Source: Bradymonadia bacterium (GTDB taxonomy: Bacteria > Myxococcota_A > Bradymonadia > UBA7976 > UBA1532). Taken from it: a DNA stretch of 64,000 bases. Below, one piece after another: positions 59,924 through 64,000 of this stretch. The stretch's first letter is position 1. The number at the start of each line of letters is the position of its first letter. The position numbers and the translations under genes are program-made. The notes beneath the pieces are model-generated. The model saw only the letters and a list, made by a program, of their open reading frames with translations. It made no database searches and was not told the origin of the DNA. Where the stretch lies: NCBI GenBank assembly GCA_046290225.1, contig JBKAGE010000036.1, positions 386,979 through 450,978 of the forward strand, read 5' to 3'.

Positions 59924-62881
59924 ATGTTCTCCCGCTCGCTGGGCATTGTATGCCTGGCGCTCTCTCCAGCCTCGTCGTTCGCACAATCTGAGGATCCACC
60001 AGACCTTGTTCTGGAAGCCTCTGCGGACAGCACGTTGATGCCCGAAGCAGAGATCAACCTTGGCCTCGATCCGGTGCTCGATGCCACGCTGGGGCCTAAC
60101 GGCAACGGTCGGCGGCCGATCGTGCAGTTCCCGGCATGGTCGCCTCCTGAAGGACTCGGGGTCGCCGAGGCCACGCTGAGTCTGTTCTACAGTCAAGCAG
60201 CATATGGAGAAGGCGAGCGCACCTTGTGTGTGCATCGTGTGCTCGAGCCGTGGGACGAGGGCCTCGGCCGGCATCGCTGGGACGCCGTAGGCGGCGCTCA
60301 AGGTGTTTCATGGATTCGGAACACTACTGACACAGAGTGGAACACCCCCGGTGGTGACATCGATCCCCAGCCCGCATCGTGCCGACTGATTTCCTCGGAC
60401 GACGCAGGGCAGCGCATCGACTTTGACGTCACTGACGCGAGGGAGGCGCCATATGGCTATGTGTTGATCGCCAGCGACATGGCCTACCGCAGCGATCGGT
60501 TCGCCACCCGAGAGCACGCCGATCCCAACGCTCGGCCACAGCTCACGCTCCGGTGGGGACCTTTCGTGGAGGAGCCTCCTCCTGATCCCGGCGATGGCGA
60601 CGATGATGATCCGACTGATCCACCAGAGCTCGGACCTGGCGATCTGCTGGTGGTGGCAGCGGCTGCGGACACCACGCTGCGCAACGGCAACGAGATCAAC
60701 ATGGGGGCCGCGGCGCTTCTGTACACCGAGGCCCGCAACGGCGACGCGCCTCAGCGCCCTCTCGTCACCTTCGAGGCGTGGTCTGTACCCGAGACGCTCG
60801 CCGTGTCATCCGCACAGATCTCACTGTTTCATCTGGCGAGCGCCTATGGCGACGCCGAGCGGACGCTCTGTCTGCACCGCGTGTTGGAGCCCTGGGTAGA
60901 GGGCGAAGGTCAGCATCACTGGGATCGGATCCTCGGCGACACAGGCACTTCGTGGTTGCGCACTGACACCGACACCCTCTGGAGCACCCCTGGTGGAGCC
61001 TTCGACGAGCAGGCGACGGCCTGTGCGGTACTCGACGCCGAGGGCGGCCGCCGTGTCACCTTTGATGTCTCCTCAGACGTCTACTGGGCCGAGTACGGCT
61101 ACATCGTCCTTGCTCAAGGCAGCCCCTACCGTCAGGACCAGCTCGTCGCCCGAGACCATCCCGACGCCACACTACACCCCCAGCTCGAGCTCACGCTCGC
61201 CGACGCAGGCGAAGTGACGACCCCCGAGCCACCTGAAGGGCCACCAGATCCTCCAGCTGAGGAGGATGATCCTGACCTCATCGTCGTGGATGTATCCGCA
61301 GACACCACGCTGCATGCTGGCAACGAGATCAACAATGGCCTCGATGGTGAGCTGAGGCTCGATTACCAGAATGGCCTGAGCAACCGTCGGCCCATTTTGA
61401 GTGCAGGCCTCTGGCCTGACTCGGAGCGTAACCTCGAGCAGGTCACTCTCGAGGTCTTTCATACACAGGTGTCGTATGCCGACGACCCGCGGACTGTGTG
61501 TGTCTACACGGTCCAATCCTCGTGGGTAGAGGGTCTCGGCACGCACATCTGGGACAGCATTCAAGGTCACACGGGCGCCACCTGGCTCCGACGAGACGAG
61601 GGCCTGCTCTGGGCAACACCAGGGGGAGAGCTCGCAGCAGAGCCTCTCGACTGCGCTGTCGTCGATGTGCCCGGCGAATGGATCAGCTTCGACGTCACCA
61701 CCGATCCCAACCGCGGCGAGTTTGGCTATGCCCTCGTAGCCCTCGACGTGCCCTACCGCCACGATCGCTTCACCAGCAAAGACGGCACTGCAACTCAGCG
61801 ACCCCAGCTGGCCTTCCAGTACACCCCTGAGGATGACGCCAGAGATCCTGGCCCTCTTGCTCCGCGCACCGCCTTTCAGGGGCCTCTGGCGCTCGGCGAC
61901 GATCCCGCACAGAGCCTCATGTGGCACGACGCCCTCGCCGTGAGCCCCGACGGGATACACGTCGCAGTGGCAGCGAAAGATGTTCAGGGTGGCAGCGTGG
62001 GCGCGCTCTCGCTCTGGCATCGGGAGACGGGCGCTCTGGTGTGGCGTTCGGATACGCCGGTCTGGAGTGAGGGCTGCGACTTCACCCCCGAAGGCGCCTT
62101 CATCCTCTGCGCACATGTGGACTACCCTGATCTCTCGGCCTTCAGCTTGCTGATCTTCTCCGCCGCTGACGGCAGCCTCACCTCATCAGTCGATGTGACC
62201 CCTGTGGTGGGCACCTTCGGCTCTGTGAATCGATGGGATGGCTTCGCCGCTTCGGCCTCTGGTGATGGTCAGTGGGCAGCATCCGTTGTCACAGGCCCTG
62301 AAGGCGGAGAGCTCATGATCTTCAGCCTCGATGGTCAGGGCCAGGGCGTGCTCCGCCCGGAGGATCGGATAGTCCTCCCAGGGAACCGCCTGTTGGACGA
62401 GGTGGCCTTCAGCCCCGACAGCCAGAGCCTCTACGCCTCCGACTTCGTGGGCAGCTCAGTCCTGCGCTTCGATCTCGTAGAGGGTATGTGGCAGCTCGCT
62501 GGGGAGCGGGCCATGCCGAGCGCCATGGCCGGTCTCGACGTCGACGGAGATGGTCGAGTCGTCGTGAGCGGATACTTCGACAGATCGGTGCACGTACTCA
62601 CCCCTGACGCCGACGATTTCACCCAGAGCGCGCTGCTCTCTATCGCCGTGACGGGCAAGAGCTACGATGTCTGCGCAGATTCACGCCCTGGAGCCCACTG
62701 GGCGTGGGCGGTGAGCCAGGATGCAGGAGAGACGCAGGCCATCGACACGGCCACCGGCGAGGTCCTCGCCAACGGTCAGATCACCCCCCACCACACCGAT
62801 GGCCTCAGCTACGCCTGTGATCCCATCACCGGCCAGCCCTTCGCCGTCAGCCGCGGCAACCTCTGGACCTGGCTCCCCTGA
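59924..62881 (+). CDS. Secreted protein with three DNRLRE-like domains and C-terminal beta-propeller
   Basis: Signal peptide SFA-Q; three D(S/T)TL...EIN.G...RP...C...W.EG...W.TPGG...C...FDV...GY...YR.D repeats; propeller paralogous to 48166 gene. Confidence 0.85.
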   Translation: MFSRSLGIVCLALSPASSFAQSEDPPDLVLEASADSTLMPEAEINLGLDPVLDATLGPNGNGRRPIVQFPAWSPPEGLGVAEATLSLFYSQAAYGEGERTLCVHRVLEPWDEGLGRHRWDAVGGAQGVSWIRNTTDTEWNTPGGDIDPQPASCRLISSDDAGQRIDFDVTDAREAPYGYVLIASDMAYRSDRFATREHADPNARPQLTLRWGPFVEEPPPDPGDGDDDDPTDPPELGPGDLLVVAAAADTTLRNGNEINMGAAALLYTEARNGDAPQRPLVTFEAWSVPETLAVSSAQISLFHLASAYGDAERTLCLHRVLEPWVEGEGQHHWDRILGDTGTSWLRTDTDTLWSTPGGAFDEQATACAVLDAEGGRRVTFDVSSDVYWAEYGYIVLAQGSPYRQDQLVARDHPDATLHPQLELTLADAGEVTTPEPPEGPPDPPAEEDDPDLIVVDVSADTTLHAGNEINNGLDGELRLDYQNGLSNRRPILSAGLWPDSERNLEQVTLEVFHTQVSYADDPRTVCVYTVQSSWVEGLGTHIWDSIQGHTGATWLRRDEGLLWATPGGELAAEPLDCAVVDVPGEWISFDVTTDPNRGEFGYALVALDVPYRHDRFTSKDGTATQRPQLAFQYTPEDDARDPGPLAPRTAFQGPLALGDDPAQSLMWHDALAVSPDGIHVAVAAKDVQGGSVGALSLWHRETGALVWRSDTPVWSEGCDFTPEGAFILCAHVDYPDLSAFSLLIFSAADGSLTSSVDVTPVVGTFGSVNRWDGFAASASGDGQWAASVVTGPEGGELMIFSLDGQGQGVLRPEDRIVLPGNRLLDEVAFSPDSQSLYASDFVGSSVLRFDLVEGMWQLAGERAMPSAMAGLDVDGDGRVVVSGYFDRSVHVLTPDADDFTQSALLSIAVTGKSYDVCADSRPGAHWAWAVSQDAGETQAIDTATGEVLANGQITPHHTDGLSYACDPITGQPFAVSRGNLWTWLP
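62696..62881 (+). repeat. 186-bp direct repeat copy 2
   Basis: About 95% identical to 52399-52584. Confidence 0.9.
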
Positions 62882-63068
62882 TACCTCTCCTCACCCCCTG
62901 AGGCCCCCCTCCGAGGTCAATCGAGACACCAGACTGTCACCATAAATGCGATTGACGTAGACCTCTCTACACCTCATCCTTCATCTGATTACATTTCCGG
63001 TGACGCAGCCCCGCTGCGGACACCGTACCCCCTTTATTTTGCTCGCCTTTTCCCCGGAGGACTCTTCC

Positions 63069-64000
63069 ATGACCCTGCTCACCCGATGGCTGAGCGGAGC
63101 CTTGCTCCTCGGTCTCTGCAGCGGTGCGTCGGCTCAGGCCGACCAACAACGCTTCTCTGTAGACGCGCGCCAAGACAACACACTGCGGCGCACTTCAGAG
63201 ATCAACATGGGTCAGATGTCCCAATTGCATCTGGGTTTCAACGGGGGCGTCGGCGACTTTCGGCCGATCATCCAGTTCGACGACTGGCTGCTGCCTCAGA
63301 ACGGCCGGCTCGAACGTGTAACGCTCGACCTGTTCTACGAGCAGGTGGCCTATGGTGATGGTGCCCGCGAGGTGTGTGTGCACCGGGTCTTGAGCCCATG
63401 GGCCGAAGGCAACGCCACCCACTTCTGGGACAACGTCCAGGGCAACACGGGCTCTTCATGGCTGCGGCGCACAGCGGACACCCTGTGGAATACGGCCGGT
63501 GGCGACCACGAGGCCATGCCCACGGACTGCATCCAACTCGACGCAGCCCAGATCGGCGAGCGGATCAGCTTTGACGTGAGCAGCACGGTACAAGAGGCTG
63601 AGTATGGCTACATCGTCATCGCTCAGGCACAGGACTACCGCAAAGACCGCTTTGCCTCTCTGCAAAGCGAAGTCCCTGAGCTCAGGCCCACCCTCACGGT
63701 GACATATGAGTTGTTGCTCGACGTGGATGGTGACGGGTTCACCAGCGATGTCGACTGCAATGACAATGACGCTGACGTCAACCCGGGGGCGAGCGAGATC
63801 CTCGATGACGGCGTCGACAACGACTGCAACCCGGCCACAGCAGATATGTCCCCTGGTCGTCGTACTCTCACGGTGCAGACGGCCATCGACAACACGATCC
63901 GGGCCGAGTCTGAGGTGAACATGGGGCTCGACTCCATGTTGTACATTTCTTTCGACAACAGAGGTGGCTACCGGCCCTTGGTTCAGTTTGAGTCATGGTC
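63069..64000 (+). CDS. 5' part of a secreted DNRLRE-like + MopE-like repeat protein (missing from ORF track, runs off window)
   Basis: SD GGAGG 63056-60; MTLLTRWLSGALLLGLCSGASAQA signal; DNTLRRTSEINMG domain; DVDGDGFTSDVDCNDND...DNDC; second DNTIRAESEVNMG; no stop to end. Confidence 0.85.
   Translation, partial: MTLLTRWLSGALLLGLCSGASAQADQQRFSVDARQDNTLRRTSEINMGQMSQLHLGFNGGVGDFRPIIQFDDWLLPQNGRLERVTLDLFYEQVAYGDGAREVCVHRVLSPWAEGNATHFWDNVQGNTGSSWLRRTADTLWNTAGGDHEAMPTDCIQLDAAQIGERISFDVSSTVQEAEYGYIVIAQAQDYRKDRFASLQSEVPELRPTLTVTYELLLDVDGDGFTSDVDCNDNDADVNPGASEILDDGVDNDCNPATADMSPGRRTLTVQTAIDNTIRAESEVNMGLDSMLYISFDNRGGYRPLVQFESW

Noticed and set aside
52399..62881. 186-bp repeats as DGR TR/VR pair or prophage att sites
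   Set aside because: Mismatches are not adenine-specific, both copies are coding, and no RT or integrase is present
63086..63958. Short ORFs listed at the window end
   Set aside because: Explained by the open frame from 63069 that lacks a stop inside the window

Overview
GC-rich bacterial DNA whose gene content (Ser/Thr kinase-AAA-TPR protein, Gly/Asp-Ala-linker lipoproteins, MopE-like Asp/Cys repeats) suggests Myxococcota or a related delta-proteobacterial lineage (inference). I saw no rRNA, tRNA, CRISPR array, transposase or integrase. The first 42 kb hold housekeeping and signalling genes: a dsbD 3' end, a redoxin, SEC-C-fused map, topA (apparently starting at ATC), S9 peptidase, phoBR-like pair, an atypical MCP-CheY-CheA(no CheW)-truncated globin-MCP cluster, GH13 amylase, a double FGE-domain protein, and oppABCDF whose OppC carries three EF-hand loops. 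The last 22 kb hold four large secreted proteins built from shuffled modules (Cys-linked Ig-like repeats, DNRLRE-like domains, MopE-like repeats, a beta-propeller, an apparently dead alpha/beta-hydrolase). Embedded among them is the best candidate for an undescribed system, a six-gene operon at 52786-59818: stand-alone PqqD/RRE, ATP-grasp ligase, LysA-like PLP decarboxylase, urea-transporter/M23 fusion, TPR/beta-barrel, and secreted TPR. It lies behind a near-consensus sigma-54 promoter and four phased CTGC-N7-GCAG palindromes. No free precursor peptide is evident, but the decarboxylase N-terminus carries a YxxPxI motif resembling the leader motif that RREs bind. All family calls come from motif recognition by eye, not database searches.
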